From NCBI GenBank assembly GCA_025201805.1, contig MU619405.1, positions 1-55,589 on the forward strand: a DNA stretch of 55,589 nucleotides. Reading direction: 5' to 3'. This document shows, one piece after another, positions 39,661-53,143 of this stretch. A program made the translations under genes and the position numbers. The stretch's first letter is position 1; each line of letters opens with the position of its first letter. This DNA comes from Parasitella parasitica NRRL 2501. Its lineage: Eukaryota; Fungi; Mucoromycota. Below the pieces are notes generated by a model. That model was given only the letters and a program-made list of their open reading frames with translations, was not told the DNA's origin and made no database searches.

Positions 39661-40902
39661 ATGACAGTTACAAACGAAAGAAAGCCTATTAGGTATGTAT
39701 AGCTGACAAGAAATCGAAAATGCCTTTGAAGCACCATTTAATACGATCATCTAGAGTTTGGGTGGACGGTTGTTTCGATATGATGCATTACGGCCATGCC
39801 AATGCGCTAAGACAAGCCAAAGAAATGGGAGACATATTAGTCGTTGGCGTTCACTCTGATGCTGAAATAGAAAAGAACAAAGGACCCACTGTGATGAAGG
39901 AACAGGAGCGCTATGCCGCTGTCGCTGCTTGCAAATGGGTTGATGAAGTAGTTCCTAATGCGCCTTACAACACCACGGTCGAATGTTTGAAGGAATACAA
40001 CATCGATTTTTGTGTGCATGGAGATGATATTACTACCATGGCTGATGGTACGGACTGTTATCAGGCAGTAAAAGATGCAGGTCTTTACAAGGAATGCAAG
40101 CGTACGCAGGGTGTCTCTACAACCGAGTTGGTCGGTCGTATGCTGCTTATGACCAAGAACCATCACAACCACCGTCGATCCTCCCTTGGTGAAGCCCAAG
40201 AGGATTTATCTGGAGTCAATCCAAAGGATGTTGGATCCTTTAGTGCACCTGCCAAGGTATCCCATTTCTTACCTACTTCAAAGCGCATCGTTCAATTTTC
40301 AAAAGGAATCGAGCCTAAAACTTCAGATCGTGTCATTTACGGAGACGGTACCTTTGATCTGTTCCATGTGGGCCATATCGAGTTTTTGAAGCGTGCTAAA
40401 GAGTTGGGTGATTTTTTGATTGTGGGTGTCCATGATGATCAGGTAAGTCATCTACTTCCTTTGATAAGTGGGGCAAGCAAATCTAATAGCATCTATATAG
40501 ACTGTAAATGCTATTAAAGGCGTCAATTACCCTTTGATGAACTTACATGAACGTGCACTCAGTGTTTTAGCATGTAGCTACGTAGATGAAGTGATTATTG
40601 GAGCACCTTACAGTGTTACCGAAGATATATTAACCAAGGAATATAATGTGAGTATGGTGGTGCATGGCAATACACCTGCCGAACCCGACCTTGACGGCAG
40701 CGATCCTTATGCATTGCCCAAGAAACGCAAAATTTATGTGGAAATCGAGAACCCCAACAGCACAATCACGACTCAGGGTATCATTGAGCGTATCATCGAG
40801 AATAGAAACATTTTTGAAGAAAGACAAAGAAGAAAGAACGCAAAGGCGCTTTTAGAAAAAGAGCAGGAAGAACTAGAAAAGCAACAGAAATCTGTGCAAT
40901 AA
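39661..40902 (+). CDS. ECT1: Ethanolamine-phosphate cytidylyltransferase
   Basis: Two cytidylyltransferase domains (DGCFDMMHYGH, RTQGVSTT, DGTFDLFHVGH, MNLHERALSVLAC). Two introns. Confidence 0.96.
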
Positions 40903-40972
40903 GCCCGTTCGACATGTGTATCATACAATAAATATATAGCTTAGGCCAAGCTCTAGTAACACTTGTTTTTCT

Positions 40973-41798
40973 TTATTTCATCAATATTATCGTTAATACA
41001 AATAATAAACTCGGATAAAGGAGATTTGTATCAATCCGTACACCAAAAGATGCTGTTGTTGAAGCTGTAATTGACGAAGAAGGGGCAGCAGTTGGAGTAA
41101 CTGTAACCATATTAGTGATGGTTGTATGAGCTAATAAAGAAATTTATATATGTGAGGCTCATGTATTAAAATGTAACATAGCATCTTACTTGTAGTCAAC
41201 AAGGGATTCGACAAATTTAACATGGAGGCTATTTCGGATAGGGGCAGCAGAGGTGTTGCTGAATCGAGCATCGGTACAGATGTGCTAGCCGGGATTTCGG
41301 TTTCTAATGCAAGACTAGATGTTGATGTGTCTTGAATAATCGAAAGAGCAGGAGGTGCGTTGAATATGGCAGAAATGAGCGCCCCAATAAAATCTGCCTC
41401 TGTAGTAGTCTTGGTAGAATCAGTGGCAGAAACTTTGGCTCTGGCAGTGGCTGAAATGGTGGATTTAGGTTCTTCTTTGATACCTGAAACAACAGGTTCT
41501 TTAGCTTCATCGTGTTCATCTTGAACGCCATCTTCGAATGTTGTTCCAGGCCAGTGGACATTAATACACTCTGTAAAACATGTATCATTACCACAATTCT
41601 CTATGCAATTTCGGGCAGTGTTCACTTTTTCACCAGAAATGGATTAAAACACATGTTTCTAAAATTACATAAACTTTTTGTATTACCACAATTATTCAAG
41701 CAAGTCGTGTCAGCAGGGTCACAAACACAGCGACAATTTACTGCCTGAATTGCACTTAGAACCAGTGTAGTCTTTATCAAGAGTAATAAAAACTGCAT
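40973..41798 (-). CDS. Secreted Cys-rich plus Ser/Thr-rich, probably GPI-anchored cell-surface protein
   Basis: Signal peptide, Cys module CRCVCDPADTTCLNNC|VNTARNCIENCGNDTCFTECINVHWP, S/T-rich stalk and hydrophobic C-terminus LLYPSLLFVLTIILMK*. Two introns. Confidence 0.72.
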
Positions 41799-41912
41799 TT
41801 TAAAATTATAGTCAATTATTGTTACAAGAGAAAAAATCAAAATACCATCTCACCCTGTATTTATATACAGTATAGATCTTGACATGAGTTGATAGCCGAA
41901 TCTTTTTCCTTG

Positions 41913-41935
41913 ATATATATATATATATATATATA
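41913..41935. repeat. (AT)n microsatellite in a divergent promoter
   Basis: Run of atatatat between the two cell-surface protein genes. Confidence 0.9.
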
Positions 41936-42283
41936 CATCTCTGTATTAGTAAATTCACTTAAAAATCATTTAGGTTTTATCCAAATTTTTATTTAATCAA
42001 AATTGCAGTTACACGGTACATGAAAGATCGACCCGCTAAAAAGCCAAAAAGAGCCTAGTTTCTGTATTTTTCAATGAGGAAAATGTATCACTAAATTTAT
42101 TGCATTGTGTAAAGTGAAAAAAGAATGGAGTATATATAACTTAATTGATTCCATCCTGCTGTTCTTGTTTTGTTTTTTTTCCCTTGTTACCAACCAAAAA
42201 ACCTATTGCTATATACAACAGCATCTGCCCCATACCACTCCCTTAAAAAACATAAATTTAACAAATCCCTTTCCTTTTCAACG

Positions 42284-43330
42284 ATGATGTTTAAATCCTT
42301 ATTTGTTGGCTTAACTCTCTCAGCCGCTTTGGAATTGGTTTTAGCCAGTTCAGTTACAATTACCACGCCCGAGCCGAATGATGTATGGGAAGCTGGATCT
42401 ACCGTACAAATTAAATGGTAATTTTGCTATCATCACCATGAAATTATATACCGACATGTCATTTTTAACTTGAAACCGGTATGCATATAATAGGAAAGTC
42501 AATGGCGACTCTACAGGCCCTATTCGTCTTCAGTACGCATCAGGTCCTTCTAAATCATTGTCCATCGATGGCTTGATTGCAGATCATGTCAATGCCACCC
42601 TGGGAAAGTATTCTTGGAAAATTCCTACTTCGATCAAGGGCAAGAAATAGTAAAGCATATTGATTTATCGTCTGTTGGTACCATTCATTTGCTAATTAAT
42701 CTCATACTTTTAGTGTCATTGAAGCTGGTCCCAGTGCTAAAGATCTTTCTTTTGCTGGTAATTGATCATTGCAATGTACAAATCAATGAGCTAATATCCT
42801 ATTTTTTTTTAGGTTACATTACCATCAAAAACGATAAATCAAAGACTACCACCAAGAAACATACCACCATCCAGAAACACACTACCATCAAGAAGCACAC
42901 TACCACCAAGAAGCACACTACCACCAAGAAGCACACTACCACCAAGAAGCACACTACCACCAAGAAGCACACTACCAAAAAGACTAGCAAGAAAACTACT
43001 GCCAAGGCCAAGAAACTTCACACCAAAAAGACTACCACCAAGAAGAGCACTACCAAAAAGCCTTCAACTAAAAAGGCGACAACCACCACCAGCACAAAAA
43101 ATGGCAGTAGACCCTCCGCTGTTTGTGTTGGTTACCCAGCTCGTGGTGAAGGCGTCAGCCAAACCAAGGAGTATGTTCGCTGCCATTCTCTTCCCAAAGA
43201 AGAAACGGCTAAAACCGAAAGCAACAAGAAGTCCTCCGCTAAAAAGATAAATGCTATTTCTAAGAAGAAGACAACCAAGAAGCACACTACTACCAAAAAA
43301 ATGACCAGCAAAAAGTCTAGTTCTGTCTAG
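42284..43330 (+). CDS. Secreted protein with Kre9/Knh1-like Ig-type N-domain and Lys/Thr/His-rich repeat tail
   Basis: Signal peptide, SVTITTPEPNDVWEAGSTVQIKW...GKYSWKIP, three introns, and KKHTTT repeats. Confidence 0.8.
42854..42979 (+). repeat. Coding 18-nt tandem repeat, 7 units (KKHTTT)
   Basis: aagaagcacactaccacc repeated, with variants KKHTTI, QKHTTI and KKHTTK. Confidence 0.93.
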
Positions 43331-44791
43331 AAGCTTACTGCCTCAAAGCAAAAGACCTTTCATTCAATTTCGGTCTAGCTTAAGTTTCAATACAGTTCAT
43401 ACAATAATTTAATTTTTTTCATAGGCTTTTACAGCTTTTTTTTTCCTTTTTATCCCACAAATAAATATCAGCTTACTCTATTCATGTACCACAGATACTT
43501 TATGTTTTGACATTTAGGGATGATGGCAGCTGCAGATGCTATGACTGGGTTTGAAACATCTAATTTTTACCAACTAAAATCTTGTCAATTTTCAACAGCT
43601 TGTCAAAAAAATATCTTTAAAGTATTTTATCTATCCAAATTGTATACTTAACTATCTTTGAAAACTAATTAAAGTATAAGTTATTTTTTTGTTATATTTA
43701 TGTGGTATTTTTAGTTGCTAAGTATAGTTTGTATAAAAAAAGTCATTTAGAAAAATTAAAAAAATTGGTTTTTAGCAAATGCTCATCTACGCATTGAAAA
43801 ATCTAAATTTAAGCATTCTTATGTAATAGCTAGCACTTTTACAATTATTTTATTTCAGTATTTGTCTTAGTAAAAAGTCTCATTTTTGGCCTTAAAAACG
43901 TGATATTCTCAAAAACTCGATTTTGGTAAAGGGGTTCCTCATGGAAAATTGCGAAAATATCATTGAAAATTTTTGATCTCCAAATTGCCAGATAATAATA
44001 TATAACACCTCTACTGGTCAAAAGGAATTGTTCTGTATGCTTGAAAGCCGCAACAACTTCCAAAAACGTGCAGTATGCGCCCATTTTAAAGGCAAATTCA
44101 TGCATTTTGGTGTTACTAAGACATGTGTTGTCGCGTTACTTGGGGAGAAATGAATGCAACTACAAAAAACAAGCAAGTTATGAACATTCAGGACTTGTAA
44201 AATTCTTCTTGATGTAACATTCAATCTCTCATTTATTCTGGTTTGGGTTCTTAGCAAATTGCTTGAGGTGCACTGTCCATGGGATTTTCTTTGTAGCAGA
44301 CTTCAAGCCTTGAATATTTTAGCCCAAAAGTTGGTCTCCCAGCACATTGTGAAACTTGAAGAAAATGTAATGTAGTTACTCTAGATACCCTTTTATAAAC
44401 ACTTTCTTTCAATCCTCTTAGTATCAAAGCGGCTCACTTCGAAACACAAGAAAAGTACCGTAGCAATTCATTGACGAAAGATCATAAAATTGCAGAACAT
44501 GAGTAAATCTGAAGATGTACTTCAATGTAAATGATAATTGGCATAACATCCAATCATCAAAAGTCTTGCAGATCCGATACCGAGGATGTTTATTAAAGGC
44601 AAATTTAGTGAAAAGTGACAGCTTCACGCTCACACCTCAATGCTGCAAACATGAGTGGTATATGGAGAGTGTGAAGAAATCAAAGAATTTACTGCATGAT
44701 AAAAGAACAAAGTAAAACACGGTTCATTGTGAGGGAAAAAAAAAAGAGGTAAGGGGAGGGGGATATTTATTTAATCTTTTTCGATTCAAAT

Positions 44792-46421
44792 TTACAATTC
44801 ATCATGAGTGTTTACAGGCTCCTTCTTTTCAGTATCATCAGCAGCAGGTTCCTCTTCAGAAACAACAATCTTGACATTGTTAGAAGTATGCTGGCTGATG
44901 AAATCAATCAGATGTTCAATGGAGCGATCGCCATCATAATCAATCAATTCATTAGTTTCTGCCTTGAAGAATTTAAGGGTGGGGAAACCAGCTACATCAA
45001 AGCCGGCTTCTTCTGGAAGATCATTTTCAGTGCCGTCCATCTTGGCAATGACGAGGCTAGGGGATTGCTTTTTAGCTGCCTCACCAAGTTGGTCCCAAAT
45101 AGGAGCCAAACGCTTACAATGTCCACACCAAGGAGCATACACTTCCAAAAAGACATCCTTTGTCTTATCAAGAACGATATCAACAAACTCATTAGCAACA
45201 ACAATTTTGACAGGACCATTGTTATCAGCAGGTGCTTCAGCAGACTTGACTGTAGCCTTAATCTTGCCGTCAACATAATCTTGAAGGAAGGTCTCGAGGT
45301 TTTCAAATGCAACAGATTTGCTTTGATCAAGGGGGAACTTGGCACCAGTATCTAAATGTTGAATAGCAAAGGCGGGCCATTGCTCCTTCAAACCCAAGTT
45401 ACCAGCATGGGCGCCGTATTTAGAGGCATCAATATGAACAAAATTGATTTTACCCTTATACTTTTGAGCAAGAGGGGTAGCCATTTCAACCAACTTCTTT
45501 TGGTCATCAGCATTATCGTGGAAAATGTAAGCTAAAGGAAGACCAGCTTCAGCGTAACTTTGGAAGTTGGAAGCATCAATAGCATCCAAAAGAGGAACCG
45601 AGTTGGCCTTGACGAATTCTTGAATAGCCTCGGCCTCAAAGACACCAGCCTGATCATTACGTCCTTCATCAAATTGCTTATAAATGACAACAGTAGGGAA
45701 TTCAACCTTATGTTCCTTGGCAAGAGTTTCGTCAGTGACAATACCAAAGAGGAAATCATCGCGCAACTTGTCGGCAACTTCCTTGAGAGTAGTCTTGGAG
45801 GCTTCATCGTTGGCATAACCAACAACAACAACACGGTCAGAGTTTTGGAAATCCGCAAAGTTGGTTGCATCTAAATCAGTGACAGCAGGAGCAGCTTGCC
45901 TACAAAGAGTGTTATTACCTGAACGCGTTCCACCTTCCCTCCTCGTTTCACAACGAAGAAAAACTACTTACTTTTGCATATAACTCACAATGCCATCAGC
46001 CTTACGAGCACCCTTATAATCAGAAGTTTCACCTTTTCTAAACACCTTAAGAGTAGGATAGCCACGAACATCATACTTTTGACAGAGGTCTTGGTTCTCT
46101 GTACAGTCAACCTTTGCAATTTTTATCTTGTCCTTGAGTGTAGTAGCAGCAATTTCGTATTCAGGAGCTATTATGACACGGGCAATGAATTGCCAATACA
46201 CTACAAAACACCAAAAGAAAAGACTACTTACCAAGTGCTTTACAGTGGCCACACCAAGGCGCAAAGAACTCAACTAACATCAAGTCCTGATCAAGGACTT
46301 CTTGATCAAAAGTTTTATCAGTCAAGGAAAGAACATCGCTTGATTCATCAGCCAAGACAGAGTGTGTAAGAGCAGCGAAAGTAGCAGCAATAGCGGTAAA
46401 CAGGAAAGTCTTTCTAACCAT
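44792..46421 (-). CDS. PDI1: Protein disulfide isomerase
   Basis: Signal peptide, two APWCGHCK thioredoxin active sites, and a C-terminal HDEL. Confidence 0.98.
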
Positions 46422-47324
46422 ATTGTTAATGAAAAGTTTAATAATAAGTTAGTAAAAGGGAAAGAAAGGAAGAAACCTCGCAGCATCACTCATGTATTTA
46501 TAGGCAACGATTTGTGTTGGCATTTGATTGGCCAAGTTTGGTCTATTGAATAAGCTTAATGCTAATGTCAAAATTGATATTAATTCCGAAGCGATTTGTA
46601 ATCTGTGGCAAATAAGGCTTTTTGAGACGTCCTTCATCGTTTGTCGGATTTGAATACAAGGTGAAAAGTAGAAACACGTCTCTCATCTCTATCTACTCTG
46701 TGTCCAACCGACAACAATCCAGACAAATGGTTCCAATAGATGAATATTATATTATGGTCGAAGAAAAGTGTGATATTGTATATCATCAATTACAGAAAGC
46801 AAAGAGTTTTATCACTTGGCAATCTTGTGAGTATATACCCGGATGTATTATATAGAAAATTAAAAATGAGCTCCCTGCATAGAAACTGTTATAATTTAAA
46901 TTTGATCTTCGTTTATGATAGACTCTATGCCAAAATCCCAAGCAGGTTTGCCAGATCGAAGGAAAGGATATCGCATCATTGCGGAACTCTTAAAGATCAA
47001 TTGTAAAGTGATTATCAGTTACAAGCATATATCAGCTTGGTAGATTTGCAAGTACGCAAGTAAGTTAATGCATGTTAAGCACATTCATGTTGACATGTAA
47101 ATGTTTTTAAATTACAAATCCCCTTGCTCAGTGCTGAACCGATAAACTTTTTTCATCTTCTCCCCCTAATCCCCATGTAATGTATGTATGTCCCATGTAC
47201 GTATTTATCCCTATAATCTTCATGGAGAAACTCCCTAAGTTTATTATCAGATATATATATACATTTAGTATGATATTTACTAGAATCTTGCTCTTTCTTT
47301 TTATTTCATTATCTTTAAAACATC

Positions 47325-48950
47325 ATGGATGTTAATTTTCCATACTTGCCATCTCACGTTGATAGCCAGAGAAAGTCAAGGCCCCTCTCCGCGTCATGCA
47401 GTATCCAACAGCAACGAAATGAAATGCTGATACAAAATGAAAAGGATTTATTACTGCACACAGACCCCAAGGACTTGGACAAACTATTTAATAGACGCTC
47501 ATATCAGCAAAAAGTAGAGCAAGACATATGTTTTCCAAACAACCGACCTTCCACAAGCAGCAGCACATTAGACGAAAAGAGCCCAACTTTAGAGACACCA
47601 CCGCCGGCACCCATGAGACACAGCGTAAGCTACGAAGGTATCAATTTATCTGCATTATCACTATTTCACGATATAAAACCAAAAAACCAACTCTACAATC
47701 CAAGCGAGTCGCCACTGCCAAACAAATTTCAATTAAACAAGCAGGAAAGACAATTACTTAGTCTTTATGGTGATAACAAACAGCCCTCAGATTGTGATAC
47801 AAGGAATGAAAACTTCTTGCAGCAAGAGCAGCAAGATCGATTTGTGTATTATCATCCTGATACAGGCAGTGTTCGTGGAAGATCATTCACTAACATCAAT
47901 TTACCACACCAAACGACACTGGAGGCCTTGCTGTCAAAGGAAAATTTTTGGATAGACATCACTTCGCCTTCAAACGAGGAGATGAAGGTGATTAGCAAAG
48001 TGTTTCATATCCACCCGCTCACTGTCGAAGATATAATGTCCCATGAAATACGAGAAAAGTGCGATGTGTTTAGACATTACATGTTTGTTTGTTATCGAGC
48101 ATTTTTACACGATTGCGAGCAGATATTGAAGCCAGTAACATTTTACAACATTGTGACGAAAAAATACATATTGACAGTAAGTGAAGAAAAAAAACAGCAT
48201 TTTAATTCTTATCCAACTCAATAACATCGTTGGCAGTTCCATTTTGGTCATGTCCCGCATGTAAATCATGTACAACAACGTGTAAAGCAATTACAAGACT
48301 ATATTGAAGTTGTGCCTGAGTGGATTAACTATGCAGTAATGGATGAAATTACAGACAGCTTTGCGCCCATGATTCAACAAATCGAGTCCGAGGTAGATGC
48401 CATTGATGATTTAGTCTTGCTATACAAATCAGACCAGTCAGATCTGATAATGCGTATTGGCACATGTCGTAAAAAGGTGATTCAAATGGTGCGGCTACTG
48501 GGAACAAAAGTCGAGGTTGTGCGGGGTCTCATGAAGCGTATAGTGGAGGACTTTTCTTCTTCGATGCAGCAACAAGATGAATTAATCGATGGCAAAATAT
48601 ACCCTGATGTTGGATTATACTTGGGGGATGTACAAGATCACATTCTGACCATGCTGCAGAATTTAAACCATTACGAAACTGTGCTGGCAAGATCAGAATC
48701 TAACTATCTGGCGAGGATATCTATTGAACTAACCCAAACATCCAATTCTACAAACCATGTCATTGGCAGATTAACCATTTTTGCTACAGTGCTGCTGCCC
48801 ATGAATTTGGTTACAGGTTTATGGGGGATGAACGTAAAGGTGCCTGGAAAAGATTACGATAATCTCATTTATTTCTTCTGGATCGTACTTAGCTTGGCCG
48901 TATTTGCTATTCTCTCATTGTCATTTGCTAAACGTTTAAAATTAATATAA
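47325..48950 (+). CDS. CorA-family Mg2+ transporter (ALR1/MNR2-like)
   Basis: FWIDITSP...FHIHPLTVEDI...REKC, YLGDVQDHILTM and LPMNLVTGLWGMNV (GMN motif), with two C-terminal TMs. One intron at about 48178-48237. Confidence 0.95.
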
Positions 48951-49337
48951 AAAAGTTACTTCTAGTTTGATTATGCGTCGATCGTAAATCTTCAACTACT
49001 CTTATTGATTAATTACAGCAGCTAGTTAATAAATTCCTTTATCAGTTTTTAGAGCTGCCAGATCGATATACTGACTGGGCCAATATTATTATTATGGTCA
49101 GATTTAAGAGAATATTGCTTTCTTGCATCCTTCGACTTTTGAACCAACATGAGATATGTACCAATAATTCGGAAATGAAGATTAGAGCTTGCACCCTTGC
49201 GCCAGCTGATGCCGTAGCATTTGACAGGAGACTGTGATGCTTGAGAACTTGACGGGGTTTTACAGGCCCACCGCTAAAAGAGGGCACTAAAATAGCCATG
49301 ACCCTGCACACACGCGTTGCTCTTTATTCCAAAAATA

Positions 49338-50445
49338 ATGCTAAGGTGGGGTATTATTGGCACAGGCAACATTGCTCACACATTTGCCAAGGCTCTTCAA
49401 GTAGCCGAAAAGGGTCAGCTTGTTGCAGTAGGCAGTCGTTCCATTGAGACAGCCCAGAAGTTTGCGCAAGAATTCGGCATTGAGTACAGCTTTGGTAGCT
49501 ATAATGAACTGTTGGCCTTTGATCAAGTAGATATTGTTTACATTTCTACTCCTCACCCTCAACACTATGAATTAGCATTGGCTGCAGCTAAGGCAGGCAA
49601 ACATATGTTGGTCGAGAAACCCATGGCAATGACAGAAGCACACATTAAATCCATCCTCGAAACTGCCAAAGAATACAATGTCTTTGTGATGGAAGCCTAC
49701 ATGTACCGCTGCCATCCTCAGACCTTGAAGGTGGTAGAATTAATTCAATCTGGTGCTATAGGCCAAGTAAAAATGATCCGCGCAAATTTTCTGTACGATG
49801 GAAGACCCCTGGGAAATACCTCCAGACTTTGGATAAATGAACTTGGGGGCGGCGCGATTATGGATATTGGAGGATGTAACTATACATGCATACAACAGCG
49901 GCTCTACACTTAATACTGATGCTTTTTTATATGCTGTAGACCCCATGTCATTCTGCCGTCTAGTTGCGGGTGTAGCAAATAGCAAATCTGTTCAGTACTT
50001 GGGCGGCGGAGCCAATCCTATCAAAATAAAGGCAACTGGTTACATTCAGCCCGACACAAACGTTGATGAATGGTCAAATGCTTCTCTTGAGTTTGAAGGA
50101 AACATCACAGCTCAATTGTTTACTGGTATATTTGCGGACTCGGATTGCAGTGGTGAAGTGTGGGGCAGTAAGGGCTCAATCAAAATAACAAACTTATGGA
50201 GACCTGATCTAGCAATATACGGTCCTGTTCGAGTTGAATTCACAGAATATGGCAAGGAACCCAAGATAATTCCTGTTAAGCAAGAAACCAACTTGTATGC
50301 TTATGAGGCAGATGCAGTTGCTGATGCTATTGCTCAATGTCATCATGAATGCGAATATATGAACTGGCAAGATACATTGGGCCAAGCTCATGCTATGGAT
50401 GCATGGAGAAAAGAAATTGGCCTTAAATATAAGGAAGATCAATAA
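49338..50445 (+). CDS. Gfo/Idh/MocA-family NAD(P)-dependent oxidoreductase
   Basis: WGIIGTGNIA Rossmann motif, YISTPHPQH, GKHMLVEKP, EAYMYRCHP and GGGAIMDIGG|YP. One intron at about 49876-49939. Confidence 0.93.
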
Positions 50446-51036
50446 AATTCACATTGCTATTATTGTATATGTACAACACATTTGCCATATAATCTCTATA
50501 TATCCATAGTCAAAATAATGTGCACTTGGAGCAGGAGCAGTTACGATCAATATCGGTAGCTACAAAGTAATATATTATTTAAGGGGGTAACCTTGTACAA
50601 GAAATCGAGTAATTCGAAGATCAGGCTGATCCCCCTATCAGAAGAAGTCGTTTGAACAAGATTGCTATTTTACTATAGACGGTTTGTGTAGTGATAATTT
50701 ATTCAATATCTTCCAGTTCACCAGAATTACCCAGTTGATTCAAAACGAGTGAATTCACTTGAGCAAGTTTCACTTTGATTCTCAATTCTGCAATGTTTGT
50801 GGATACTGAAGGCATTTGGAATATGATTTAAATATTCCTGAAGAGTATAGTGCTCAATTCTTATTTATTATCTTATCTACTTGGCTATATTGCTTCGATT
50901 TGCATGAGGTCATTTAATTTTATACGTCATATTTGTTGAAATCTATATATTTACCCGATTTTTATTAATTTTTTTTTACTATTCTTTCTTTCTCTCAATT
51001 TCATCAACAATAAACAAACAAAGAACCAAAAATAAA

Positions 51037-51673
51037 ATGCATATCGAGATAGCCCAAGCCGTTGAATTTTTGGGCAGATTGTTACAGAATAAACTGAATT
51101 CAAAGACTATATCATCGTTCAAGGAGCAACTGAGTAATTTACTAAAGCTGCATTTCATTGATCATTGGGACCCTCAGCAGCCGTTTAGAGGAAATGGATA
51201 TAGATCCATATCAAATTTCAATGGAGGTATGGATCCAGTTGTTACTAGAGGTAAGTAAGAAAAGTAAGAATCTGGGCGAAAACTTATTATGTAGCGTCCA
51301 TCAAACAGCCTGCCAACTAGCTGATTGCTCGCCTCAATTGATTCACACAAATTTACCTCGTGACTTTGTACTCTGGATTGATCCCTTCTCTGTATCTTAT
51401 AGAGTTGGAGATCATGGTAATATCATGACGCTTTATGAAGATCGTTCTCGCGGAAGAGTCTCATTGAAAATGGATCCTGGAAATACCGGCATGATCAGTC
51501 CTTCGCAATCACCTCGACTTCAATATCTTCAGCCTCAATCTACTCCCATCAGAATATCCCCCCCTAGCAGCCCTGAAAACAAGAAGATCAAACCTCATGT
51601 ACACCAGCCCTCTCCACTTGCAATGAATGCGAAAAAGGATGGAAAGAAGGATACAATGGTTATGGCAAACTAA
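51037..51673 (+). CDS. BTG/Tob (antiproliferative) family protein
   Basis: MHIEIAQAVEFL..., HWDPQQPFRGNGYRSI (box A) and LPRDFVLWIDPFSVSYRVGD (box B). One intron. Confidence 0.93.
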
Positions 51674-52154
51674 AAAGTATAGTTGTTTTTGTTTATTATT
51701 GTATTTAACCCCTTTTCTTTTGATATTTTCTATCCCCTCTTCCACATTATATACATTACCGTATGTAAATACATTTATATTGTTTTTTCCTTGTTCTGTT
51801 CACTTTCTTTCTCTTGCTCAATTTTGATTTTTTCTCTCCTCATTTTTTTCGTATATTTTTATACTATTCATTGTTACACTTGGTGTTCATGCATTGATTA
51901 AAGATTGTTTGTTTTTTGGCATCTTTATTTGTAGACCCTCCCTCTCGTACACACTCATTTAGCATAAAATCAGCGGACAATAAACGAAATTTTCCAAGCC
52001 ATAGTCTTGTATTTCAAGCCATAATATTTGTGTGAGAAAAAGAAATGACTAAGGTGTAAAGACATGGAAATAGAGTTTCTCATCTCAGTTTATATAAAAA
52101 CGACAAAAGTTTCTCATTTTTCTATTCTTCATACCATTATCTTTATTATAAATC

Positions 52155-53058
52155 ATGTCTTCTTCAATTCAATTTCCTAAGACTGAATTTACAATCTTGT
52201 CAACGCCTGAACCTCATGTTTTGTTAATCACAATCAACAGACCAAAACAATACAACGCTTTGCATTCAGGTGCAAACTGGGAATTACATAACGTAATTAA
52301 TTGGGCAGAAGAAGAGGAATCAATTTGGTGTATTATCGTAAGTTATTCATCCTATACACGAACCAAGTGCTAAGCAAAGACAAAAGATTACTGGTGCTGG
52401 TGATAAGGCTTTCTGTGCTGGTATGGATCTCGTTAATGCCCATCATGCCCGTGCCGATGACAAACATGCTTTAGGTGGATCTACCTTACCTCCCTCTGGT
52501 TTTGGTGGGTTAAGTAACCGTCGCTCAAGTCGCAAACCAGTCATAGCTGCAGTAAATGGATTCGCTCTCGGCGGTGGTATGGAAATGGTAGCATCATGTA
52601 ACATTGTTGTTGCTACAGAGAAGTCCAAGTTTGGTTTACCTGAAGTAAAGCAAGGCGTTGTTATCGCTGCTGGTGGTCTTGCTCGCGTAGCTCGTTCTGT
52701 TAGCTATCAAATAGCTTCGGAATTGGTCTTAACAGGCCGTTTTATGAAGGCTGAAGAGGCTAAACAACACGGTCTTGTCAATGAGATCGTTCCCAATAAC
52801 ACTAATGTCGTGGATGTTGCGATTACCTGGGCAAAACAAATTACCGCCAATTCCCCTGATGCTGTCTTTTTGACAAAGCAAGGTCTCTTATTAGCTCTCG
52901 AACGTGCTTCCATGACAGATGCTACTACTGAATGGATGGAATCTCCCGAAGCTTCTGTTTGGAGAGAAGGCGACAATCTCACAGAAGGTTTGATGGCCTT
53001 TGCTCAAAAAAGAAAGGCTCAGTGGAAAAATCCTGCTTCTCTCAAGCCTAAATTGTAA
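52155..53058 (+). CDS. Enoyl-CoA hydratase/crotonase-family protein, PTS1-like C-terminus (PKL)
   Basis: ITINRPKQYNAL, AFCAGMDL, KPVIAAVNGFALGGGMEM and FGLPEVKQG. One intron. Confidence 0.94.
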
Positions 53059-53143
53059 TACTACTATACATATACTACTCCAAAAATCGCTACTCATGAT
53101 TCAATAATAAATTGTACTTTTAATGATGTAAATTCGCTTATTA

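Noticed and set aside
42854-42979. Regular repeat considered as CRISPR-like
   Set aside because: The units are contiguous, have no spacers, and lie in frame within a eukaryotic coding exon.
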